A stretch of DNA of 64,000 bases, from contig NC_091994.1 in NCBI RefSeq assembly GCF_044704955.1, positions 87,110,001 through 87,174,000 on the forward strand, in the 5' to 3' direction. Under the pieces are notes generated by a model that searched no databases, was not told the origin of the DNA, and worked only from the letters and a program-made list of their open reading frames with translations. The translations under genes and the position numbers were made by a program. This document shows positions 12,288 through 23,329 of the stretch, one piece after another (positions within the stretch are counted from its first letter, which is position 1; every line of letters starts with the position of its first letter). The DNA is from Pristiophorus japonicus. Taxonomy: Eukaryota.

Positions 12288-13738
12288 GGGCTCAATTTCC
12301 CCCAGGAGTTGCTCTGTTTTTTTTGGAGTAGGCCGCTTTTTCTGGCCTAACTTAAAAATCCCCAGTTTCCTCAATCAATTTGCACCAGCGTAACTGTCTT
12401 AGTTACATTTTTTTTAGGTACTTTTTTTTCTCAAAAGGGGGTGTTACCAGCGACCTACGCCAGTTCTGGCCATTTAGGCAACTTTGGCCAGCTAATAGTT
12501 ACTCCATTTCTACTTAGGCCAGCGTTTGTGGCCACTTGAGAAAACCCTTGCGGAGAGTTAAAGAAATCGGCGCAGGTGGGTACATCGGAGGCCATTCGGC
12601 CTGGGATAGGGGAGGGAAGCGGAGAGGACCTGGACCTGAACCAACCAAGCCTTAGCAATGTTAAATAAATCAATGCGGAGTGCATTTTCAAACAAGAAAT
12701 AAAAAATTGAAGTCCTACCTTCAGCATCAAACTCCAATTCACCTTTCTGCTCTCGGCCCGGAAAGGTAGCGGGCTGGTGCGGGAGGCCACTCGGCCTGGG
12801 CTAGGGGCCGAAGAAGAACGCACCGGGAGGCCACTCGGCCTAGGCTAGGGGAGGGAGAACGCACCGGCAGGCCACTCGACCTGGGCTAGGGGCGGAAGAA
12901 TGCACCGGGAGGCCACTCGACCTGGGCTAAGGGCGGGAGGGAGCGAACTGGCCCTGCACGCGCAGCTCCTGTATAGGCAGCAGAGCTATCAGGACATGCA
13001 GTATCAGACTGATCACAATTAAAAGCAACAGCACCAATTTGGATCTCCAGAAGATCAGAATCGGCATTCTTCGATACAGCGCAGCAATATTCTTAAAAAC
13101 TCCGATTAAAAATCTTTAGAATAAAATACTGTTAGTTGCTTTTGAAGTCTGGTTTCCTTGCACGTCTGCAGCGGTGTCATGCCCAGCACCGAGAGACTGC
13201 CCTCAGCTCAGAGGCAGGCTGGATAAGGCTCGGGTGCATGGCTGAGGTTTGTTCATTGCAGCCCTGGTCAGTATGACCGTCCTGGCTTATCACACTGCAA
13301 ACAGAGGCCAGTCCATGTTCACAGGTGTCGTGGAACCGGCCCTTAAGACTGCACTTCATGCAAGGGCTCCTCATATCTGCAGCGAAGGACACAGCCAGTA
13401 TCAGGCTGACTGCTCCACATTCAAGCCCCGGAACTTGGATACTCGTAATCAGACAGGGCCTTAGAATCACAGACATTATAAATGGCTGATTGCCAACTCT
13501 GAGCGCTACCGCATATGCGCGGCCATCACTTTTCTCCACCGCGCATGTGCAGATGTCCCGACACATTTTCCAACGCAGAACGCAGGCTCCACCCCCCGAG
13601 GTGCCTGGCCACACTGCGTGGCTGTCGATAAGAGGCCATACAGCGATTTTTTTTTCTTTCTGGAGCGTCTCGTGCCATAATGAAGCGCCGCAACTCGGGT
13701 AAGTACGCTAGAAATCGGGCTCGGGGAAAATTGAGCCC
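12288..13738. mobile_element. Non-autonomous DNA transposon (Harbinger-like TIRs)
   Basis: TIRs GGGCTCAATTTCCCC and GGGGAAAATTGAGCCC; GC-rich interior; no clean TSD. Confidence 0.75.
12781..12941 (+). repeat. 41-44-bp minisatellite, 4 units
   Basis: GGGAGGCCACTCG(G/A)CCTGGGCTAGGGG...GCACC units at about 12781, 12825, 12866 and 12907. Confidence 0.85.
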
Positions 13739-13835
13739 AAAATCCCCAAGCTTGAGTCAGTGCTTTCAGCAGAGGACAGGAGAAAATTGGAGGATGAAAA
13801 ATATCTAATAAATATAAAAGCAGCTCACTGTTTAC

Positions 13836-13977
13836 CTGTCTCTGCACCATCTGTTCCTCGCTGTGTTCTCTCTCTTTCGCGGAGCTGAAGAATGGTGCAG
13901 GTGTCCGTACTGGAATCAGGAGCTGGCAAATCTTTTCATGGATCCCATTCCAGTCTGCCTCTTGGTGTGCTAAGCCA
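13836..13977 (-). CDS. ZMYND12: Zinc finger MYND domain-containing protein 12, exon 2
   Basis: (C)GLAHQEADWNGIHEKICQLLIPVRTPAPFFSSAKEREHSEEQMVQRQ matches the vertebrate ZMYND12 segment; ctctcag acceptor, gtaaac donor; phase 2 fits exon 1. Confidence 0.95.
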
Positions 13978-14289
13978 CTGAGAGAAGACAATTACAGGCA
14001 CATATTCTTGATAGGTCATCCTTAAAATAGTAATAAACACATGCTGGCACAGCCTGAGAAATACAAATGTATTGTATGTACATCGAGTGAAAGATCTTAT
14101 TTATATTGCGTTTTATCATATCTCTCAGAAACATCCCAAAGCACATCCCACACAATATATTACTTTGTGGTAATCACTGTTGCTTTGCATGTAATTTGTA
14201 GGGATGGCAATAAATGCTGAACTTGTCAGCGATGCCCACATCCCATGAATGAATTAAAAAAAATAATTACAGCAACTGTTTTGCACACA

Positions 14290-14582
14290 GCAATGTCCTA
14301 TAAACATCAGTGAGACAAATGGCTGATGAATCTGTTTTTGATATTAGTTGAGGGTAGAATGTTGGCCAGGAGAACTTTCTGCTTTTCTTTGAACAGTGCC
14401 ATGGGATCTTTAACATCCAACAGGCAGACAGACCCTGAGGTTAACCTCACAAATGAAACACCTCAGACAATGCAACATGTCAGTACTGCACTGAAGTGTC
14501 AGCCTAGATTAAGTGCCCGCGTCCTGTAGTGAACTTACAACCATCTGATTCAAAGGCACAAGTGTGACCAACTGAGTCAAGC
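14290..14582 (-). mobile_element. Degenerate Deu-type tRNA SINE
   Basis: Reverse complement of the CAGTGCAGTACTGA...TCTGAGG core seen in the copies near 23330 and 52958. Confidence 0.6.
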
Positions 14583-15171
14583 TGACATTTAAATGTGGTA
14601 GGATATGGGCTCGTCCCTTCAATTGCATGCACAGTTCCTGATCTCAAACCTACTATTGTACAGAAGCATCGAGCAAAGCCCAACTTGGAAGGAGGAGAAA
14701 CTGGAGGCAGAATCACTCCAAAGCACTTGCATCCATCAGCCAGTTCTGACTTGCATCTGCATAAGTCTGTGAATAGCTGAAAGTCAGCAGTTCACCTCTC
14801 ATGAACAGGCCGTGCATGATGCATACAAGTTTACAGCACAGAATGAAGCCATTCGGCCCATTGTAAGTGTGCCAACTCTTTCCTGGAGCAATTCCAAGCG
14901 AGTCCCACTGCTCTGCTCTCTCCACAGCCCTGTGTTTTCCTCTGCTTCAAATATTTAGCTGATTTTCCCTTAAAAGATGCAATGGCCTCTGCCTCAACCA
15001 TTCCCTGTGGCAAAGCATTCTATGCTCCAACAATTAGCTACATAAAGACTTTTCTCTTAATCGCGAGCTTATCTCACTCACCTCTCATTGCCTTCCCAAC
15101 TAAAGGAAATAGCCTTTCTCTTTTAATAGTCCATTAAAAGCCCATATAATTTAAAATGCCTCTATTAAATC

Positions 15172-17850
15172 TCAACAACTTACATTTATACAGCACCTTT
15201 AATGCCAAAAAACATTCCAAGCTGCTTCATTGAGGCACAAAGTAAAATAGACACCAAGGGGTGACTAAAGCATGGTCAAAGTGGTGGGTTTTAAGAAGGG
15301 TCTCAAAGGAGGCCAGATAGATGAAGAGGCAGAGAGGCTTAGGGAGGGAATTCCGGAGTACAGGACTAGGTGGTTGAAAGCATGGTTGCCAATGGTGGGG
15401 TGAAGGGAGAGAGGATGCACATGAGGCCGGAGTCAGAGGAACTGCGGATTTGGGCGGGTGTTGTAATGCTAAAGGAGGTTAAAAAGAGAGGCCAGGTGCA
15501 GTCATTGAGAGATTTAAACATAAAGGTGAAAATTTTAACTTTAGGTGTTGGGGAACTGGGAGCCAACATAGGTCATGAGGACAGGGTGAGTGGACTTGCT
15601 GTGGGATAGAATATGGGCAGCAGAATTTTGGATGAACGGAACTGTATGGAGGGTGAAGGATGGGTAGCTGGATAGGAAAGCATTAGAACAGTTGAGTCTA
15701 GATGTGACAAAAGCATGCATGAGGGTTTTAGTGGTCGATGGGCTGAGGTAGGTGCTTGGCAGGCAATGTTACGGAGGTGGAGTAAGCAGTCTTGTGATGG
15801 AAAGACTATGGAGTCAGAAACTCAGCTTGAGTTCATAGAGGTTGCTGAACCTGTGAACAATCCAGTTCAGCCTGAGATAGTGACCAGGGAGGGGGATGGA
15901 GTTGGTGGTGAGGGTACAGAGTTTGCAGTAGGAGCTTCAATCTTCCCAATGTTTAACTGGAGGAAATTGCAGCTCATCTAAAACTGGATGTCAAACAAAC
16001 AGTTTGACAGGACAGAGGCAGTAGAGAGGTTGAGGGAGGTGACTGAATAGCAATAGCATATATGTGAAAGCTGACCCCATGCCTGCAGATGATGTCGCTA
16101 AAGGGTGGCATATATGTGTAACAGGGGAGGGGGGCAACGATAAATATTGATGGATTGCTAAGATGAGAGTGTGAGGATGGGGAGAGAAGTTAATGGTAGA
16201 GTTGCTCCAGTAAAAGTGCAATCAAGTGAGGGCAGTGTTATCAAACTGGAGAACACAGGATAATCGTTGGAGGAGGATGGTGTGCCCATCCATGTCAAAG
16301 ACTGCAGAGAGAATGAGGAGGGATAATGCACCACGGTCATACTGGTCATACAGGCAAAAACCTAATTGGAGAGAGTAAGTCAAGGAGTTGTGGGGGACGG
16401 ATTTGGGAGACAACAATACTGTCGAAGACTTCAGAGAGGAAAGGAAGGTTGGAGTTTGGACAGTAGTTTGTAACAATAACAACTTATATTTATATAGCGC
16501 TTTAAAGTAGTAAAATGTCCCAAGGCACTTCATGGAAGTGTTTTAAGACAAAACAAATAAATTTGACACTGAGCCACATAAGAAGAAATTATGGCAGATG
16601 ACCAAGGTAGGCTTTAAGGAGCGTCTTAAAGGATGAAAGAGAGGTAGCGAGGCGGAGAAGTTTAGGGAGGGAGTTCCAGAGCTTGGGGTCTAGGCAGCTG
16701 AAGGCACTGCCACCAATGGTTGAGCAGTTATAATCAGGGATGCTCAAGAGGACAGACATCTCGGGAGGTTGTGAGGCTTAAGAAGATTACAGAGATAGGG
16801 AGGGGTGAGGCCATGGAGGGATTTGTAAACAAGGATGAGAATTTTGAAATCGAGGCATGGCTTAACTGGGAGTCAATGTAGGTCGGCGAGCACATGGGTG
16901 ATGGGTGAGCGGGACTTGGTGTGAGTTAGGACACAGACTGCCGAGTTTTGGCTGACCTCAAGTTTATGTAGGGTAGAATGTGGGAGGCCAGCCAGGAGTG
17001 CATTGGAGCAGTCAAGTCTAGAGGTAACAAATGCATGAATGAGGGTTTCAGCAACAGATGAGCTGAAGCAGGGGTGGAGATGGGCAATGTTATGGCGGTG
17101 GAAATAGGCGGTTTTAGTTATGCCATGGATATGTAGCCAAAAGCTCATTTCAGGGACAAATATGACACCTAGGTTGCGAACAGCCTCAGACAGATGCTAG
17201 AGAGAGGGATGGAGTCGATGACTAGGGAACACAGTTTGTGGCCGGGACCAAAGACAATGACTTCAGTCTTCCCAATATTTAATCGGAGAAAATTTCTGCT
17301 CATCCAGTACTGGATGTCAGACAAGCAGTCTGACAACTTAGAGACTGTGGAGGGGTTGAGAGAAGTAGCAGTGAGGTCGAGCTGGGTGTCGTCAGTGTAC
17401 ATGTGGAAACTGACACCGTGCAAGGATAGAGGGTGTTCTTTTTAGGGAGGGAGATGATGATGGTGCTTTTAAAAGGGAGGAGAAACCATTTACAATGTCA
17501 GTTAGCATGGTGACCAGAAAGGAAAGTTGGGTGTTCAGCAGTTTAAAGGAATAGGGTCCAGGGAGCAGGAGGTGGATCTCATAAATGAGATGATCTTTTA
17601 GACGGCATGATAGGAGATGGGAGAGAAACTAGAGAGAGAAAAATAGGGTTCAGAGCTCGGGTAAATGGGTCTTGGAGGAGTTTTGACTTGGTGGACAAGG
17701 GGAGGGGAGAAGGAGCAGAGGCAGCTGAACGATGGTATCTATCCTGGTGACATAAAAATCCATGAGCTATTCATATGTTGTTAGAGGTGAGGATGGTGGG
17801 GTTAGGGAAGAGGAGTTTAAAGATGTGTTTGGTCGTGGAGAAAAGAAGCC
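15172..17850 (-). mobile_element. Older L2 with a younger L2 (~16472-17420) nested inside
   Basis: Two L2 tails (near 15175 and 16475); FHMYTDDTQL, LNIGKTE and TSRLDCSN motifs on the minus strand. Confidence 0.85.
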
Positions 17851-18084
17851 AGGTTGATCCTAAAATAATGGGTGGTTCCCCATGGTCTGTCACTAACAAG
17901 TGTCACCTTTGTACCCACAACCAGCTGCACTTCCAGTCCTTATTCGATATATTCCACCTGAAAAAGGAACATGGTTTCATATGTTTAAAAAGCCTTGTAA
18001 TTTATCGCTCAGTTTTTTTTTTTAACCACAATTCACTCTCATAAAAGCACTGACTTCTGGCTTCAGTCAAGCTCCACCTATAAC

Positions 18085-18390
18085 AAAAAAATGTAACAAC
18101 CCCACCAACTCTTGGGAATCCCTGGCCCAAGACTGCTCAAAGTGGAGGAGAAGCATCCGAGAAGGCGCCGAACACTTCGGGTCTCTTCACCGGGAGCACG
18201 CGGAAGCCAAGTACAAACAGCGGAAGGAGCGTACAACAAATCAAGCACCCCACCCACCCGTCCCTCCAACCACCATCTGCTCCACTTGTGACAGAGATTG
18301 TAGATCCTGCAGCGATCTCATCAGTCACCTTAGAACCCATTTTAGTGTGGAAGCTAGTCATCCTCGAATCCGGGGGACTGCCTAAGAAGA
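18085..18390 (+). mobile_element. RTE-clade LINE 3' fragment
   Basis: Similar to the RTE copies at 29168 and 54277; ends GGACTGCCTAAGAAGA. Confidence 0.8.
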
Positions 18391-19106
18391 CCCTCCTCTA
18401 CCTGATCCAAACAACAATTATACATTTGTGCAAATTTCCACTTCTAAGGAGTGGGTTTAGATTGCTTTTTTTACCCCAAGACTGATTTTCTTAATTATTT
18501 CTCTACTTCTTAGTTTTGTTCTTTCTGCCTCTTTTTAAAAGGAAAATGTTACTTTTATTTTGCTCAGAAAATAAAGCTGTACAATGGATAAAATGGTAGA
18601 ACTGTTTTTAAAATAAAATAATGCAAACAAAGCCAGCCGTCAATATGACTGCACTTAAAAGCACCATGGGGCTAGAACCTCCACTTTTGTGCTTATCGTC
18701 CAAAAATGGGCGTTATTTCCGGTGTGGGTGGTAAAAAAGGGTTTTCAGATCGCCAGCTTCTCGCCCATTCTCAAAGCACCTAGTCTCCATTTTTGAAAAT
18801 GGGCGTTACCGCGAGTGATATGAAATAGGCGGTAGCATTACATTTTTTTCGACCTGCTGCCGTAAAGTGTGGCCGTATTTAGCAACGGCATGGCAACGCT
18901 CGATTCCCGCGATTCAGGCGTCAAGGGTCAACATGACATGCGCAGAAGAGGAGACAGAGAGAGAGGGAGCTCAGATGGACTGAATGCGTGTCTGGGTGTG
19001 GAGTGGCTGCTCTGGGAGGAAGGAGGGAGACTTTAGAGCTTCACAGCAAGTAGGCAAACAAAAATTAGCTGTTACCAGCCACATATTTGCCCAAATTTGG
19101 CCTATA

Positions 19107-20844
19107 ATGGAGAGAGAGGAGGAGGCATCACAGACACTGTGGAGACTGAAGCTGGAGAGAGCAGTGAGGTGGGAGAGGAGCACATTGGAGGGTGCAAAAG
19201 AGCCAGGAGGTTCTTGGACAGGAGGTCGAGTCACGCTGGGGTGATTTGACACAGGGAGGGCGTGGGAAGCCCACTCCAAAAGCCTACCAGAGGATATAGA
19301 CCGAGATAGCAGAGGTGGTCTCGTCGGCGACCAACGAGGTCCGTGAGGGCAATCAATGCCGCAAACGATGGAACGTGTGGGACCTGCAAGTGTAAGTATT
19401 ACATTGATTTACATGTACTTATATATTTATATAATTTGATTTGTAATAGTCATGAGTGACTATCATCAGATGTGAGGTCTTTCACTTTTACCGGGAATGT
19501 TTTACTCAAAGCTTGCGGTCACGCTGTATGTCTTTAGGTAAAGCATGATAATTCTCATGATAATCATGATTATATCTGTCAGTTATGTGTTGTATCAGTC
19601 TCTGTGATAGTACTTAGCAATGATATCACACAATGCTCTCATGCCATGTCACCTTTTACAGAAGAAGCTATCGATGATGAGGTCTGTGCAGAGGCGAACA
19701 GATGGGGGGCCACCAGTCCCCAGCGACATCACTGAGATGGAGGAGCGGGTGCTCGCACTCGTGGGGAAGCACCCCCCCCGGACAGCCACGGACATCTGCA
19801 GACCCTGAAGTGATGCCACGTGAGTAAAGCTTACACCATTGCGTGATGTGAAGTCAATAGATGCTACACCCACTCATATCCGAACAATCATATATGATAG
19901 ATGATTTCTAAAATTGTCATAGAAATAATGATGGCCTAATGAAAATCATTGCAATGCAAATGTGTTGATGGTCATGAAATGTGATGTCTGCGATGATTTT
20001 GAGAGCGGTGGTGCATATGCTGTGTGTAGCGCTGGACTCACCTTGTGACCCTAGCACCCCTTTCTCCTCTAATAACCTCATTTGCGTCCCAAGGCAAGAC
20101 CACAAAGACCAGAAGGTGGGGACACGGGGCCGGACTAGGCAGACGATTCTACATCTGGTGCTGAGGAGCTCTAATTCTAGTCCGTCAATCCGCTGGGTCT
20201 CTTCTCCACAGATGAGAGCGTGGTCTTCGAGGAACCTGCAACGCCATGCTCCAGGAGCTATTCCACCCCAAGGCCATCTAGTGGTCCTCTGGTCATTTCC
20301 GCCTCCACGCTGGAGGTACCGGTCCCAAGCACCTCGCCACAGGGCACCCTATTTGACCCCAGGACGGCGCTGACCCCGCGGAGGTCTCGTGGACACAGCA
20401 GGTCTGTTCCACGAGCGCCACATGAGAGCGGAGAGATGGTACAGTTGTCCAGCAGGATTACAGACATTGGTGACCAGCTCATCGAAGCATTGGGGGGCAT
20501 ATCCCGACAACTGGCCACCATGACCGAGTACATTCCACTGATGGCAGAGGCCCTGGATGCGATAGCCAGGAACACTGCTGGCACAGGCTCCCAGCGGTCC
20601 CCGAGCGCGGCACTCCACCCCTAGGTTCCGCACCACCAGTGCGAACGACAGATGAGAGCAAGGATCAAGATCCTGCTCCTGCATCAGAGAATGTTGCCCC
20701 GTCAGAACCCCCGACTCCCGTACCCATGCAACGACCGCATCTGCCTTCATCCTCCCCCAATGAGGCACTGCCTGAGGAGGTCCTCGGCCAGGCGCCGTGG
20801 AACGTGTAGAGGTGGGGAGAAGAAGGGGAGGGGGGAAGGAAAGT
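19107..20844 (+). pseudogene. Harbinger Myb/SANT-like DNA-binding gene, intron-containing, disabled
   Basis: KRARRF..EVESRWGDL..AYQRI*TEIAEVVSS..GNQCRKRWN, gtaagt donor at 19392, next exon from 19662 KKLSMMRSVQRRTDGGPP..ITEMEERVLALVG. 3' extent approximate. Confidence 0.85.
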
Positions 20845-21269
20845 GAGGTGCATGTCCGCAGGTGATGGCTGTGTTATATCTCCATCTGGGTGTATGCAAT
20901 TTGTTGTAATGTATGGGAACTGGGGACCATCCTCCTGCTTTGCCTTTGTATTCTGTGTTGCTGGACTTGTTGAACATTTGATTGATGTCAATGGTGGAAA
21001 AAGTGGGGTGTGGGCAGAGGTTGGGTGTTATTGCCTGTGATACTTATGATTTCAGACCAATGTTGGTATGAAATTTTTGTTATTGAACATAATCTTGTTG
21101 CGCATTGTCTCAGATAGCTGCACCATTACACACTGGTGATTCCTTAATATGAAAGGGTTAAATACAACCTAACTTCAATCATCTTTAACTGGCACCAAGA
21201 TGATGGGCACCATTGATGTCTGAGCTGCACACACACAGCAGTGTGTCAGCGTTGTCACTCACATCAATG

Positions 21270-21626
21270 CTCTTTCAGGCAAATCGTTCAGATCTCAGCT
21301 CCTCACGTAAGAGTCTTGCAGCTATGTAGCCACCACGGGCTCTTTCCTGCAGTCTGGAGGGGGTCGTGGGCATGTTTACATAGCCAGCCTGTTTGTCTGG
21401 CCCTAGGTCAGCGTCCAGCCCCTCGTTGTCCTCTTACTCTCTCTCCTGAGGTGGATCATCAGTGCTTTCTGGCAATTCTTGGCCCCTCACGATAGCCAGG
21501 TTGTGCAGCATTGAGTACACGACCACGAATTTACCTACTTGCTCAGGGTTGTATTATAGCTCCCCTCCTGAGTGGTCAAGACATCTGAAGCCCTGCTTAA
21601 GCACAGTTATTGTTTGGTGGCCCCAT
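21270..21626 (-). pseudogene. Harbinger (HARBI1-type) transposase C-terminal remnant
   Basis: QTITVLKQGFRCLDHSGGEL*YNPEQVGKFVVVYSMLHNLAIVRG lies directly after an ATG at 21626, so the catalytic core is deleted. Confidence 0.85.
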
Positions 21627-22916
21627 TGTATTGAAAGTATAATAGCGATTGATCAGAAGCAACGATTTCCTCACTAAAATACATCTGGAGTAAAGCGCCA
21701 ATAGTCCAGAGTCTGAAAATATGTCTATTGAGATGTTCACTTCACCTGAGAAGAACTCCAGAGTCAATGCAAACTCCCCCGAAGTTAAGGCAGCCTTTTG
21801 AATGAAGCGACCTGCGATTTTAAAAATGACAGCCACAACGCTGGCGTTCGTTCAGAACAGTTCCACTTTTTCTGGGTGTTTTTTTGGGCGAGCGATATTG
21901 TGGGCGATATGTGTGCGAGGTTGTGAAAACGGTGGGCGATCTCCTCCGGGGTGTTAGTTTCGCCAAATATGCTCTTTACGACAAAAAAAAGTGGGAGGTA
22001 GTATTATTGAATCTCGGTGTTAATTCTGTGCGGAAAGTAATGCTGGGAGATATTATGAGCGTTGATTTTGCCCATTCTGCTGACTCCGCCCCCAAAAAGT
22101 GAGCGGGCGGTAATATTTTTTCCCGACGTTAAGCATATGGGGAAAGTAACGCTCGGTGATAAGTTTCCTAAAAATGCCCGTCAGTTTCCATTTTGTGCCA
22201 AAATGGGCGAAATATGGGCGTTATATGTAATTTCAGCGGTAAAGTGGGCGTTAAGCATGCAAAAAAAGTGAAGGTTCTAGCCCCATGTTTTCTTAAAAAA
22301 AACTTACTCTTCAGTTTTAATCCATCATCTGACTCCATTTAATTTCCTTCTTCAGCAACCAATTGATTAAAGTTAATTTGAACTCTATGGTAAGAGAAGT
22401 TTGTCCATAATTGTGAAAGATGCATGTATACAACATTATCAGTGATTCCACTGGCAATGTTATATTTTATCTATGGGTAAACCAGTTATGTGTGCATTAC
22501 AAAGTGCAGATGGGAGCTTTTAGTTTTAGTGAAGTTCCATATGTTTAATTGGCATTTCCCTCGTGTACTCATGTAAATGGCCTGGTCTTCCAACCTAAAC
22601 AGTGAGTGTCACCTGGGCCAGGAGGGAGAGTGGCATCAAAATTGAACTAAAACCTATTCTAACTCTGTATTCTACATTACAACAGGGACTAGCTGTAATT
22701 AATTGACTGTAAAGCACTTTGGGATGTCCGGTTGTCATGAAAGGCTCTGTATAAATGCAAGTCTTTCTTTGTATCCACACATGTGCACTTCCCCATGGAG
22801 GTGTTTAATCCTGATTTTGAAATATCTATTTCCTGCACTTATTTATCTGTCTGATGATACGTTATTAAGGTTTTCAATTGAACGTGTCATCAACAACAAA
22901 AAAATCAGAACTGGAG

Positions 22917-23274
22917 CTACCCTCCTCGTGGTTCTGCTCCTGGGCCTGGCTGAGGTGGCCATTAACAGGTCCAAGCAGTACATGATCAAGGAGGTTGCTC
23001 GATCCAACTATCTGCCTCTCTTCCGCAGCTACGTCCACGCCTGGGTATCCCTGGAGATGGAGCATGCGGTATCCGCCAGTAAGTTTGATGTTTTCTGCAA
23101 CCGGATGGACTGGAATGCCTAGTCGACATGGACAATATTATGTTTTAATTTGATAAGTTTCCTTTTGTTTTATCTATAATTTGGAGTTTATTATTTGTGT
23201 CCCTTTAAAAGAGGGGCACTTTTGTTCATTTGAGTGTTGATTGATGACTCAGTCATCATAATTGGCAATGAAAG
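22917..23274 (+). mobile_element. Tx1-clade (L1-Tx1) retrotransposon, 5'-truncated
   Basis: LLVVLLLGLAEVAINRSKQ..LPLFRSYVHAWVSLEMEHAVS resembles the Tx1 ORF2 C-terminus; perfect 16-bp TSD AAAATCAGAACTGGAG at 22901-22916 and 23275-23290. Confidence 0.85.
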
Positions 23275-23329
23275 AAAATCAGAACTGGAGTCGCAATCCT
23301 ACCGCCTGTCCTTGTCCTGAATCAGCTCT

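Larger units (their letters stand above)
18668..22284. mobile_element. PIF/Harbinger DNA transposon, internally deleted
   Basis: TIRs GGGGCTAGAACCTCCACTTTT and AAAAGTGAAGGTTCTAGCCCC; convergent Myb/SANT gene and transposase remnant inside. Confidence 0.92.

Noticed and set aside
12781-12941. CRISPR-like array
   Set aside because: Vertebrate DNA, no unique spacers and no cas genes; it is a minisatellite in a transposon.
1-13835. ZMYND12 exon 3 and later exons
   Set aside because: No matching segment found on the minus strand; presumably left of the window, though a missed diverged exon cannot be excluded.
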